Source: Rubripirellula sp.
Lineage (GTDB): Bacteria; Planctomycetota; Planctomycetia; Pirellulales; Pirellulaceae
NCBI GenBank assembly: GCA_965216875.1
Contig: OZ244207.1
Coordinates: 1,376,001-1,440,000, forward strand
Length of the DNA stretch: 64,000 bases
Direction: 5' to 3'
Made by a program: the position numbers and the translations under genes. Shown here in pieces: positions 48,891 through 59,008 of the stretch (the stretch's first letter is position 1; the number at the start of each line of letters is the position of its first letter). Under the pieces are notes generated by a model. It was not told the DNA's origin and did not search any database. It saw only the letters and a program-made list of their open reading frames with translations.

Positions 48891-49292
48891 TAAAAATCAC
48901 AAAGTGCATTTCGGTTTGGGTTGTTCTGCGCAAGATGATCAAGATGTGCGGTCTTCTCTGACACACAATGACACACGCCGAAACCTTTAGTGCTTTTTCG
49001 TTTGCAAAAGCCCATTCATCAGGGGGATCGGTATGCACGTCAACAAGGTTAGTAGTGGTGTTAGAACTGCATGCAAACTCGCCGACCACGTTGGAGCAAA
49101 AGTTACATTTGGCTGCACTATTTTTCGTGCATTCATTTTGAGACGTTGTCGCATAATCAACGCGAGTTTTTCTCATTCAAAAAAAGGTTGTTTGTTTGGG
49201 ATTCTGGCTTCGCATTGTGGGGCACGTAATGGGTAAGCTAGGAGCGAGCGCTATTTTTTATGCACTGTCTTTTCCTTGTTCAGGAGTCTTAA

Positions 49293-50555
49293 ATGCAAAG
49301 AGTACGTGCCTCGCGATTAGGTTTCACCTTAGTGGAACTGTTAGTCGTCATTGCCATCATTGGTGTTCTTGTTGGCCTCTTGTTGCCGGCTGTTCAAGCA
49401 GCCCGCGAAGCAGCACGCCGAATGTCGTGCAGTAACAATTTCAAACAGATCGGTCTTGGGATCCACAACTACCACAGCGCGTTCAAGCAGCTACCGACCA
49501 ACGGTACGGGGACTGCGCGAACGACTGGTACTGCCAATCCATCGAACGACTGTAACCGACTGTTCTTGAGCTACTTGGTTGCCTCGCTCCCGTATGTCGA
49601 ACAACAGGCACTATGGGAGGAGATTTCACAGCCGAGCCAGAATGTGACACCAGGTCAAACCATCAACGCGACGGGTGGGACTTGGTTCGCAATGGGACCG
49701 TGCCCGTGGAACACTCGGTACGTTCCTTGGGTGACTCAGGTTCCGACCTTCCGTTGTCCTAGTGATCCGGGTAAAGCGCTAGCGCCCGGGCAACTAGCGC
49801 GGACCAACTATGCCTGTAACCTCGGCGATGCTGTTGACCGAAGTCACAACGGTGGCCGCAATGATTATGGGTTCTTTGGAAACCGAAGCGACGCGGATGA
49901 AAACTGGGCAGTCGAACGTGCTCGTGCCGCGCAGCGTGGTTTCTTCTGGAATCGAAACGAAATGAAGTTCCGTGACATTCTGGACGGACTTTCCAACACG
50001 ATTGCCTGTGGCGAAGTTTGCACTTCGGGCGGCAAGCGTGAGGTCAAAGCGGACTTTGTTCGAAACATCACCGCGATGCGGGTCACGAACGACACGTTTT
50101 TGGTTCCTGCTCGGTGCAAAACCGGACCTCATATTGATCCAGAGCGTCCCGGTTTCTACGCACTCACGGCAACGGTTAGTTCATCGCTATCGCAGGCCAA
50201 GCATAGCCGCTGGGCCGATTCGCGAGCGTATTACACTGCGATTCACACCATCCTGCCACCTAACAATCCGAGTTGCGTGGACAACGACAGCGACGGTAAC
50301 CGATCGGGTGTGATTTCAACGGTTGGTAGTCGCCATCCCGGTGGAGCGCACGTGCTGATGGGCGATGGTTCTGTGATCTTCCTTTCTGACAGTATCGAAG
50401 CTGGAGATCCTGAACTGCCAACAGTCTGTGTGCAAAGAGCTGCAACGATCTTCCCAATCTCAGGCATGCCTGGAAGCGAAAGCAACTACGGCTTGTGGGG
50501 TGCATTGGGTACGCGTGATGCAAACGAAACGATCGAGGAAGAGCTGAACCAATAA
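49293..50555 (+). CDS. DUF1559 prepilin-type protein (H-X9-DG C-terminal motif)
   Basis: Motifs GFTLVELLVVIAIIGVLVGLLLPAVQAAREAARR, CPSD, DGLSNT, SRHPGGAHVLMGDGSV. Confidence 0.95.
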   Translation: MQRVRASRLGFTLVELLVVIAIIGVLVGLLLPAVQAAREAARRMSCSNNFKQIGLGIHNYHSAFKQLPTNGTGTARTTGTANPSNDCNRLFLSYLVASLPYVEQQALWEEISQPSQNVTPGQTINATGGTWFAMGPCPWNTRYVPWVTQVPTFRCPSDPGKALAPGQLARTNYACNLGDAVDRSHNGGRNDYGFFGNRSDADENWAVERARAAQRGFFWNRNEMKFRDILDGLSNTIACGEVCTSGGKREVKADFVRNITAMRVTNDTFLVPARCKTGPHIDPERPGFYALTATVSSSLSQAKHSRWADSRAYYTAIHTILPPNNPSCVDNDSDGNRSGVISTVGSRHPGGAHVLMGDGSVIFLSDSIEAGDPELPTVCVQRAATIFPISGMPGSESNYGLWGALGTRDANETIEEELNQ

Positions 50556-50581
50556 GGTCCAGCAAACCATTGATCCACGTC

Positions 50582-50615
50582 GACTCGCCCGCATTTCGCG
50601 GGCGAGTCTTTTTTT
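50582..50615 (+). terminator. intrinsic terminator
   Basis: GACTCGCCCGC-ATTTC-GCGGGCGAGTC followed by T7. Confidence 0.85.
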
Positions 50616-50700
50616 GCGCGGTGCACTGATTGCCTGCATCGTTGCGGCCAAGGGTATGGCCCAGTTGGCAACCGCATTTGAGCGTCGTGCGACCGGTTTG

Positions 50701-52128
50701 CTACTTTGCCAGGTGCGCTTCGGTCGCTTGCTTGTCGACGCGAATCAGATGATCGCGAAGCGGAGGGAAAACATCCCCGTCGACACTTTCCAGACGCAAC
50801 GTTTCGGTTGGCCGCCGGGGCATGTGACAGTCAATGCAGTTCTCGGCAAAGTTGATTCCTTCTTGCGGGAAGAAACCACAATCACTTTCACTCTGGTGGC
50901 AGTTCATGCATCGACTGGAAAACAGCTTTTGACTTCCGCGTTCATTGTGGTGCGGGTCGTGGCAATCGGTGCAGGTCATTTTCGATTGCTGAAAGCAGAC
51001 GCTTTGTGCCAGCCGATTGAGTTGGTTGCTGGTGTGAACGCTGTTCTTGACGTCCTGCTTGGTGTTGGGCGGAAGGTAGTGCTCGTCCAGTTGATCGCCA
51101 GGACGGAATTGCAAAGCCTCGCCCTTGAGCGACCTTGAACCGGTGTGACACTGGCCGCAGATTTCCATCTGCAGTTGCCGATCGAGGTCGGTTAAATTGG
51201 AGATCCCGACGGCGTCCTGCGCATCGTCGTGTTCAAGGTGATAGTCAACATGGTTTTGTGCAGGGCCGTGACAGCGTTCGCAGGTCACTCCGAGAATCAA
51301 CGAGCCTGGCGTGTAGCGGTTTTTTCTTCCGCGGAAATCGAAATACGTAGCGTGGCAGTCCATGCAACGCTGCGGAATCGGTCTTGCGTACGCGGCGTCG
51401 CCATCGATGTATCCGGGACTGTTGATCCACTGATCTCCATCGGTGATGTGCGTGACGTTGTGTTGGTAGAGGCCGTCTTTGTGCCAGTACAGATAGGTTT
51501 GTGCCATTTTGGAAGATCCCATGATGATCTCCATCGGCACGTCGAAACTCCAATCGAAAAAGTGAGCCCTCTGAAGGAACTGATTCCCTTTGCGAATCAT
51601 CTCGAAACTGACGTTGGGATCGGAAGTCAGGAACGTGTTGGTGCCGGGCTCGAAGTTGCCGTCGATCGTCGTTTCGTTGACCGGACGACTGGTTTTGAAA
51701 TGAGCTGTCGCCAGGAACGATTCGTAGAGATCGCTATGGCATTGCTGACATGTCTCTGGTCCCACAAACCCAGGGTTTTCGTTTTTCGGGGTCGTGTCGG
51801 TGCTCTTGCGCGGCAACGAACCGGGGCGGAAAGGGATTTCAACACCGCCGCCGCCTTCGTGTTTTCCAACGAACCAGATGTTCTCGTCAGGAATCGGCGC
51901 GACGACCATGTCGCTTGGCGGCGCGGTGGGTCCGGTCGTCTTCGGTTCGTCTTTTTTCTGAGGCTGACGCTGCGCTTTGAGCAGACCTTGAAGCTGTTTG
52001 TCTTGCATTGGCCCACGACGCGCATCAAAGACAATCCAAAGGACGATCGCACCGACCGACAGCAACGCGAGCCAACGTTTAAGATTCAAGACGCTTTCTC
52101 TCCAGAAGCTTGAAGCATTCAACAGCAC
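50701..52128 (-). CDS. membrane-anchored multiheme c-type cytochrome (7 CxxCH)
   Basis: CQQCH, CMDCH, CERCH, CGQCH, CTDCH, CMNCH and CIDCH, plus an N-terminal TM segment. Confidence 0.9.
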   Translation of the reverse strand: MLLNASSFWRESVLNLKRWLALLSVGAIVLWIVFDARRGPMQDKQLQGLLKAQRQPQKKDEPKTTGPTAPPSDMVVAPIPDENIWFVGKHEGGGGVEIPFRPGSLPRKSTDTTPKNENPGFVGPETCQQCHSDLYESFLATAHFKTSRPVNETTIDGNFEPGTNTFLTSDPNVSFEMIRKGNQFLQRAHFFDWSFDVPMEIIMGSSKMAQTYLYWHKDGLYQHNVTHITDGDQWINSPGYIDGDAAYARPIPQRCMDCHATYFDFRGRKNRYTPGSLILGVTCERCHGPAQNHVDYHLEHDDAQDAVGISNLTDLDRQLQMEICGQCHTGSRSLKGEALQFRPGDQLDEHYLPPNTKQDVKNSVHTSNQLNRLAQSVCFQQSKMTCTDCHDPHHNERGSQKLFSSRCMNCHQSESDCGFFPQEGINFAENCIDCHMPRRPTETLRLESVDGDVFPPLRDHLIRVDKQATEAHLAK

Positions 52129-52210
52129 TCAAATTGGACCAGGGGTTCTTCGACCAAGCAAGCGAAAGTCACAAAAGACGTCGCCATCGCAATGGACCGA
52201 ATCGTCAACG

Positions 52211-55200
52211 CTAGCGTTTTCCGTAAACCTTTTGGTTGTTGCGATCACCGCCGCTCATCAGGTAGGCCAGCAAATCGCGAAGCTCTTCGGCATTGAGTCC
52301 GTCGATCAAGCCCTTGGGCATTTGAGAAAGCGATGAAGGACGAATCAACTCGACGTCCTCTTCGTCCAGTGTGATCGGGTCGGACTTGAGGTCACTGGGG
52401 TAGATCACGACTTGGCCCTCCGACTCGGAAACGAGCCCGGTGTAGGTACTGCCGCTGGCCGTCAGGACCGATTTCGATTGGTATTGGTCCGAGATGACTT
52501 TGCTGGGTTCGATGATGTGTTCGATCACATAGCTGACATCGAACTTGCGCGGGATCGTTGTCAGGTCAGGGCCGATGTTTCCGCCTAGTCCGGCGAAACG
52601 GTGGCATTTGCCACAGCTGGTCGCAAAGTACAGGCTGCGGCCATTCTCGAAATCCGCTTTTCGGAATTGGCTGGCCGCTTGGGAACGAGCTTCGGCAAGC
52701 GTCCAAGTTCGACCAGGTCCTTGGATCGGTTTGATCTCGAAATCGGGCACGGGATCATATTGTTCGCCGGTCAAGTCTTGCAACGCGACGCGTTCGGCAT
52801 CGCTGCAATTGCCGAGTGCTTCGTCGCGAATGTTGCGCATGAAGCCAGGGAAGCTCGCGCCGCCCGATTTCTTTGCGGCTTCGTTGAGGAAGGCGAAATA
52901 CTCGCGCCGCTGCTCAAGCGTCCAACCATCGCGCACGGTGCGAAGCATGAGCGCGTATCCGATTTCCCGACTCGGTGGATGATTGTCGAGGACCTTCTGT
53001 ACCGTGCCTCCGTAGCCAGCGTTTCGCGATGCGAGTTCCGACCAGTCCGGTGGTTGCGGGGCCTTGCGATTGCGAATCAATTCCATTGTCTTGGCAACGA
53101 CATTGGGTGACTCAAGATAGACGAGCAATCGCACAAGCTCGGTGTTCACGTCATCGTCTTGATGAGGCAGCATTGCATCCAGCGAAGCAAGTAGCTTTGC
53201 ACTCTGCGAATCTACGGGGCGTCCCATGCGAGTGAATGCCAACGCATAGGCGCGTAGCAGCCCAAGAAGCTGAGCGTTGTCGAGCGAGTCGGCATCAATC
53301 TGCATCAGACCGTCTATGATCGCTGCTTGCCGATGTTTGCCGCCCACGCGTGCGAGTGCAATCGAGGCAGTGATCTTGGCTTGTGGGTCAGTCTCGGTGA
53401 CCGCGCGTCCAGCCCATAGTTGTGAGGGCTGGGATTCGAGGACGACGCGCGCGGCGGCTCGCAAGAATCGGTCGTCGCTTGAAAGTGAAGGCCACGCCAA
53501 TTCGATGGCTTTCGCAGCCTCTTTGGGCTCAAGGGGCTTTCCATGATGGGCTTCGAGCTGTTTGCGAAGCGCACGCGCCGCTTGGACGTCGTTGGGAAGC
53601 GAAGCTGTGACTGTTTCCGTTGGTGCATCGCCTTCGTAGCGAATGCGATAGAGCGCCGATTGTGTGCCGCGCCCGCCGACGGTGAAGTAGAGATGGCCGT
53701 CGCTACCCACCGCCGCGTCGGTCACTGGGAGCGGTGATCCCGTCACAAATGGTTCGCTCGATGCGGTGTAACCAGCTCCTTTGGCTTCGAGGTGAATCGC
53801 GTAGATCGTGCCAAAGGTCCAATCGAGTGCAAAGATTGCCTCTTGGTACTTGGCGGGGAACGCCGCGCCGATTCCCGCGACGACGCCGGTTGGTGATCCG
53901 GGGCCAATTTCGACCACTGGCGGTAAGCTGTCTTCGTAATAGGTCGGCCACTTGCCGGTTCCGCTGCGCCAACCGTAGTCCGCGCCGCTGACCACTTGGC
54001 AGATCCGTGTTGGTCGGTACCAAGGCGCACCCAAGTCCCATTCCATGTCGGCGTCGTAGGTAAACATGTCGCCGTGACGATTCAGTGCGACATCGTATTG
54101 GTTGCGAAAACCGATGCTGACGAGTTCTTGTTTCATCGTTTGGGGATCAAGCCGTGTGACCCAACCGCCGGGTGCGAGGCGTCCGCGTGCATGTCCGTTA
54201 GCATCCCACATGCGCGGCAGCAACAGGTCTTCATTCCATGTCGTGACGCGTTGTCGCTGCACATCGGCCAGTGGTGCATGGTTGCCGCCAACCATGTTAA
54301 TCGCCTCACCATCTTCGCTTAGGATCAAAGCGTGATTGCCATGTTCGCCGCCGCCAGTTTGGCTGGGCAGCTGTTCGACCTCATCCAGTGTTCCATCACC
54401 GCTGGAGTCTTTGACGCGGTAGAGGTGCCCACCATTTCGGTGAACCCAGAGAGCGTCGAATGCCCAAAGGAGGCCTTGCGCACCACTTAGCTTGCGTGGC
54501 GAGCCGGGCTGGTTGACGTCGATGCGAGCCACATCGGCTTGAGGACCGTCGTCAGTCTCCGAAACGGCAATCCAGTACAGTCCTTTGTCGCCTTGGTCAC
54601 TTGCGACCAACTTTCCGTTGGGACCTCGTGAGAGTGCGACCCATGATCCCTGCTGGTCGCGGGGAACGGTGTAAACGTGATCGACAACAAACCCGCTTGG
54701 CACGTTGATGTCGGCAACATCTATGACACTGCCACTTGAACGTCGTCCGCCGGTACCCGGTACGCCCCAGGGTTGCACACCGAGTTTGCCGAGAGACCTG
54801 AGTTTGCCCTGCCACGCGCTGGAATCGAACGCGACTTGGTTCCATTTTGCCGATGGTTTTTCATCCGACATCTTCCACGACGCGTCAGAAACAACGGTCG
54901 TTTTTTTGCCGTTTTCGTGTTCGACAATCAGCTTGAATACGAACGCAGCGACGCCTCCTTCGTTGCTTGCCTGGACCGCGATGACGTTGTTGCCAACAAC
55001 CAAGTGTTTTTTGATGTCGGTAACGATCGGACGCGACCACTCGGTTTCGTGACCGACTTCTTTGCCATTGATCCAGAGCGTCATCCGGTTATCACAGCTT
55101 GTGTACATCTTTGCCGATTTGATCGGGCTTGCGATGTCAAGCTCTTTGCGCAAGTAGATACGTTGGTTGTTGAATGTACGGTCGGCACTCCAGATCCAAT

Positions 55201-55321
55201 CGGGTTTGGGTTGTTGTGTGAACGGCCGTGTGCCTTGAGCGATCGCGAATTGGCACGTCGATGCGAAGGTGACGAAGAGACCGAGTGAGATTCCGGCAAG
55301 TGCGCGCTGAATTGAGTGCAT
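52211..55321 (-). CDS. PVC-type heme-binding protein (galactose-binding-like N-domain, propeller, HEAT repeats, cytochrome c)
   Basis: Motifs WIWS...SCDN, GFRNQYD, DADMEWD, GSPTG, CGKCH, IGPDLT, SQMPKGL. Confidence 0.88.
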   Translation of the reverse strand: MHSIQRALAGISLGLFVTFASTCQFAIAQGTRPFTQQPKPDWIWSADRTFNNQRIYLRKELDIASPIKSAKMYTSCDNRMTLWINGKEVGHETEWSRPIVTDIKKHLVVGNNVIAVQASNEGGVAAFVFKLIVEHENGKKTTVVSDASWKMSDEKPSAKWNQVAFDSSAWQGKLRSLGKLGVQPWGVPGTGGRRSSGSVIDVADINVPSGFVVDHVYTVPRDQQGSWVALSRGPNGKLVASDQGDKGLYWIAVSETDDGPQADVARIDVNQPGSPRKLSGAQGLLWAFDALWVHRNGGHLYRVKDSSGDGTLDEVEQLPSQTGGGEHGNHALILSEDGEAINMVGGNHAPLADVQRQRVTTWNEDLLLPRMWDANGHARGRLAPGGWVTRLDPQTMKQELVSIGFRNQYDVALNRHGDMFTYDADMEWDLGAPWYRPTRICQVVSGADYGWRSGTGKWPTYYEDSLPPVVEIGPGSPTGVVAGIGAAFPAKYQEAIFALDWTFGTIYAIHLEAKGAGYTASSEPFVTGSPLPVTDAAVGSDGHLYFTVGGRGTQSALYRIRYEGDAPTETVTASLPNDVQAARALRKQLEAHHGKPLEPKEAAKAIELAWPSLSSDDRFLRAAARVVLESQPSQLWAGRAVTETDPQAKITASIALARVGGKHRQAAIIDGLMQIDADSLDNAQLLGLLRAYALAFTRMGRPVDSQSAKLLASLDAMLPHQDDDVNTELVRLLVYLESPNVVAKTMELIRNRKAPQPPDWSELASRNAGYGGTVQKVLDNHPPSREIGYALMLRTVRDGWTLEQRREYFAFLNEAAKKSGGASFPGFMRNIRDEALGNCSDAERVALQDLTGEQYDPVPDFEIKPIQGPGRTWTLAEARSQAASQFRKADFENGRSLYFATSCGKCHRFAGLGGNIGPDLTTIPRKFDVSYVIEHIIEPSKVISDQYQSKSVLTASGSTYTGLVSESEGQVVIYPSDLKSDPITLDEEDVELIRPSSLSQMPKGLIDGLNAEELRDLLAYLMSGGDRNNQKVYGKR

Positions 55322-55515
55322 TCCAGTGCGAGTCCTGTGAGGGAAGGTGGGGAGTGGTGGGGGATTCGGTCGCGCTGGCCTTGGTTTGCAATTCAGCAAT
55401 CAGTGCTGCGAACGATCAAAGCGAACCGACCGACGAGCCTTTGGTGGGCAATGCATAGGATAGTCGATGGCCAACCGTCGAAGGATCATTCGAGTGGGTC
55501 AATTCGCAGCAGCCC

Positions 55516-55549
55516 AAAAAGAATGCCCCGCGAAAAACTCGCGGGGCAT
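55516..55549 (-). terminator. intrinsic terminator of the vWA gene
   Basis: Stem ATGCCCCGCGA/TCGCGGGGCAT with a T-run on the minus strand. Confidence 0.75.
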
Positions 55550-55598
55550 CGAAGTTGACTGAGAGGTGCACGCCGATTGGTGCAGTAAAGCTGGGCGA

Positions 55599-57686
55599 CT
55601 AGAGCTTTGGCACGGGTCGCGATGGAGCTTTCTTCAACATCCGCTTTTGGTCGTCACGTGGAGGACGTGGGTTGTTGTTATTGTTGTTGCCCGGACGATT
55701 CGGACGCGGTGGTGACAGGTCCGTGAATTCCTCTCGCCATTTCCATCCGATTGGCACCTTCAGTTCGTTGCTGGCCAGCAGTGCCCAAGGCGTGCCATCG
55801 TGTTCGCTGACCACCGACTTGAGCAATTCACGAGCAGTGTCGGCTTCGCGAGCCCACTTACTGCCGACGGAAATCTCATCGCTCGGTTCGAGCACCCACG
55901 TGTTGTTCTTTTCTTTCTCGAACGGCATGCCGCGTTTGGCTTTGGCCAACATGGCGTTGTAGGTTTCGGTTCGGACCTTTTGAGCCAACACGCGGCCCAT
56001 TGCCAAGTCGTACCCGGCTTTCCACCGCAAACTTGATTCCTGTTCGCGGAACTTCAATCCTGGGTCGAGCGTTTGAGCCATGCGAACCAACATCGGCTCG
56101 AGCTTGGCCGCTTGTTGTTGTGCTCGGGTCAGGTCGCCAGCCAGTTGGGCTTCTTCACGCTTGACGAATTTTAGTTGCGGTCGAGCAACGCCCTGTGCCG
56201 GACGCATTTGCGCGGCAGCTACCAACGATTGGCGAAGCGGACTCGCTTTGACTTTGTTGACGTAATCGGTTTGCGAAAGGTAGTCGGGGCGATACCGCGA
56301 CATCTTCAACGGGTCGAAGAAGTACTCGAGGTTAGCCGAGTAGGCTTCGACTTCGCCACGACGTACGCGGCGGTTCACGTTTCGGTTGGGGTGAACGGTG
56401 AAGTAGATGCCACCGGTTTCGTAGCACAGACGCGTCAGAGCGTACGGTCCGAAACCGCTGTCGATCACAGGTTCCTGCTGGAAATTGCCTGTGAAGCCAA
56501 CTTGAACGCGTTCAGGCAGGAACGTCTCGGGGCCTTGGTCGACTTGCGCCCATCGAGGTGTTTGGTCGTACTTTGGATCGGGATCAACGTATTTGACCAA
56601 CGTGTTTTGGCGACCGAAGGGAGCAGGAACGCCAATGACGTAGACGGGAATGCCCCATTTTCGGCAGCCTTGAATCGACGTCTCAAGCAATTGAGCGTCG
56701 TCGCCTTTTTCGTCAGTCACGACCACAAACAACACGTTGCGTTGTGGCCCGTTGCCGCCACGACTGCGACGCATCGATTTGAATTGTTCCGTGGCCGAAG
56801 CGATTGCGGTGAAGACGCGTTCTTCGCCCGTCGAGTCGACTTCGATGTTGTCGACGACCGACTTGATCTCGGCCAAGTCGTCGGTCGGTTCCTCGGTGTA
56901 CAGAGTCACGTTGCCACCGAAGCCAACCACGGAGGTCAGCAGCGGTGCGTCGTTCTTGTGTTGCTTGAAGACCTCGGCGCCACTTCGTTGGGCGATACCT
57001 AGTTCTTCGTAGATGCGATCGAAGCGATCACGAATCTCTTGTCGTTGACGATGAAGCGAGCCACTTTGATCGAACAACCAAACGACCAGTGTTGGACGCT
57101 CTTCCATCGCTTGCAAGATTTCGAACGTGATTCGATCGACGGCTCCCGAGGCGCCCGCTGTTCCTTGGCCGACGTTTCCTTTCTGGTTGGTCAGCTTGTC
57201 CAGTGGTGCGACGGCTTCGACAAAGACCTTGTTGACCATGATCTGGCCAAGGTCGGTAACTTCCATTTCAAGCGGGTTGGGAATCTCGGCGACTTCCATG
57301 AAAGTCTCGGCCGAGGCTTCTGCCATTTCCGTGTCGGCCATGCTGTTGGCACCGACTTCAGTTTGCGGGACTTCGCTGTAAGTGACTTGGTCGATCAATT
57401 CGACTTTGTCTTGGACGTATTCCGGCGGTGGCGAAACGAGCACGACCGCTTCGTCGTCGTTTCGGGATGTGAGTGGCACGAGGGCAAGCGCCAGGATGAT
57501 CGTCAGATGGACAAGCATGCTGCCGATCAAAGCCGTGGTTTCGCTGTTCTCAAGCAGCGACTCATCCTCGAGTTCTTCTTCGCTCCAAGCGTCGACCTCG
57601 GTGCTAGCATCAGAGACCGGCGGGTCATTGACGACCGCGGCACTGAGCGTTTCTTCGATTGAGGGAGGAGTGATTAGAGTGGACAT
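55599..57686 (-). CDS. membrane-anchored vWA-domain protein
   Basis: TM segment SMLVHLTIILALALV, MIDAS motif WLFDQSGSL, and VVTDEKGDD. Confidence 0.85.
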   Translation of the reverse strand: MSTLITPPSIEETLSAAVVNDPPVSDASTEVDAWSEEELEDESLLENSETTALIGSMLVHLTIILALALVPLTSRNDDEAVVLVSPPPEYVQDKVELIDQVTYSEVPQTEVGANSMADTEMAEASAETFMEVAEIPNPLEMEVTDLGQIMVNKVFVEAVAPLDKLTNQKGNVGQGTAGASGAVDRITFEILQAMEERPTLVVWLFDQSGSLHRQRQEIRDRFDRIYEELGIAQRSGAEVFKQHKNDAPLLTSVVGFGGNVTLYTEEPTDDLAEIKSVVDNIEVDSTGEERVFTAIASATEQFKSMRRSRGGNGPQRNVLFVVVTDEKGDDAQLLETSIQGCRKWGIPVYVIGVPAPFGRQNTLVKYVDPDPKYDQTPRWAQVDQGPETFLPERVQVGFTGNFQQEPVIDSGFGPYALTRLCYETGGIYFTVHPNRNVNRRVRRGEVEAYSANLEYFFDPLKMSRYRPDYLSQTDYVNKVKASPLRQSLVAAAQMRPAQGVARPQLKFVKREEAQLAGDLTRAQQQAAKLEPMLVRMAQTLDPGLKFREQESSLRWKAGYDLAMGRVLAQKVRTETYNAMLAKAKRGMPFEKEKNNTWVLEPSDEISVGSKWAREADTARELLKSVVSEHDGTPWALLASNELKVPIGWKWREEFTDLSPPRPNRPGNNNNNNPRPPRDDQKRMLKKAPSRPVPKL

Positions 57687-58061
57687 CCAGCGCCATTCCG
57701 TAAAAAGTAGATCAACCAAGTGGCCATTCTTGGCCACCTGACGCGGAAAAGACCCATATAGACAGTTTCGCCCAACACCCGCAAACTTTCAACGTGAAAG
57801 GCCTGTCTTGAGATCGAATCTCGCTCCTTTTGAACGTCGGTCATAACGGTTCGTACCCCTGTATTCCTAGCAAAACGCTGGCAAATCAGGGGTTTTTATT
57901 GAATATCGGCGGCCAATCGGTTTGTCCTAGGAGTGTTTTAGGCGGAAAAGTCGTCTTTTCAGCCCTTTCGATGCGTTTGACCCGTTCTAAGGATGGTCTA
58001 AGGCGACGGGATGAGACAGTACTGTTGGGGGGATTGCCCCGCTTTTTGACGGAACGATGGC

Positions 58062-58745
58062 GTGACTGAGAGTGAGCGACTGATTGCGATTGGCGACATC
58101 CATGGGTGCCGGCCTGCGCTGGAAGCGGTTTTGGAGGCGATATCGCCTCGAGCTAGCGATATCGTCGTCACACTCGGCGACTACATTGACCGCGGAGCCG
58201 ATTCGCGGGGGGTTATCGATTGCTTGATCGACCTGAAGCGGCGGACCCGAATGGTTGGGCTCTTGGGCAATCACGAAGAGATGATGCTGCAGGTCCTCAG
58301 AGGCGAGCAGCCGCATCACAGCTGGCTTCGCTACGGTGGCCTCGAGACGTTAGAAAGCTACGACTTTGACGGCGATCTCGACTTTTTGCCGCCCGATCAC
58401 GTTGAGTTTTTTGACAACCTAGGCGACTACTTCACCTTCGGTGATTTCTTTTTCACGCACGCTGCCTACGACCCCGTCATCCCGCTCGAGCATCAACCGC
58501 CTGATATGTTGCGCTGGTACTCGCTTACCGACGGTTTGCCGGCCCCGCATCAAAGTGGCAAAACCGCGGTCGTCGGGCATACCGCCAATCGGGATGGCGA
58601 GATTCTTGATATCGGGCATCTCAAATGCATCGACACCTTCTGCTACGGCGGCGGTTGGTTGACCGCGATCGAACTCAACTCGGGGCAGGTTTGGCAAGCT
58701 TCGCAAGAAGGGCAAATTCGCCAGCCCGGATTGCCTCCAGCCTGA
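58062..58745 (+). CDS. metallophosphoesterase (PPP-family Ser/Thr phosphatase-like)
   Basis: Motifs IGDIHG, LGDYIDRG, GNHEE, THA, GHT, IDT. Confidence 0.92.
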   Translation: MTESERLIAIGDIHGCRPALEAVLEAISPRASDIVVTLGDYIDRGADSRGVIDCLIDLKRRTRMVGLLGNHEEMMLQVLRGEQPHHSWLRYGGLETLESYDFDGDLDFLPPDHVEFFDNLGDYFTFGDFFFTHAAYDPVIPLEHQPPDMLRWYSLTDGLPAPHQSGKTAVVGHTANRDGEILDIGHLKCIDTFCYGGGWLTAIELNSGQVWQASQEGQIRQPGLPPA

Positions 58746-59008
58746 TCTTCGCCACGGGGGCTGAGGTTGCCGAGAATCTGTGTGCCGCGATCGCGTAAGC
58801 GGCCGGGCATTTGTTTTCTATCCCCAAAGTCGAAGGCCCAAGGCCCAAAGGCCGGGGACTCTCCAAAACGCCCGAATAATCGGCACAACCGTCAAAGCTT
58901 GCCAAATTTGTTCAACCGGAATAACCGGTATGACCGAAAACTGAGATCAGGCTTCCATTGCGCTACTTTGCAATCGATTCCAAAATCTCACTTTGTCGGA
59001 ACCCAACG

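Noticed and set aside
48891..49292. AT-rich gap as an ncRNA or foreign insertion
   Set aside because: No recognisable RNA fold or element ends. It is most simply the promoter region of the DUF1559 gene.
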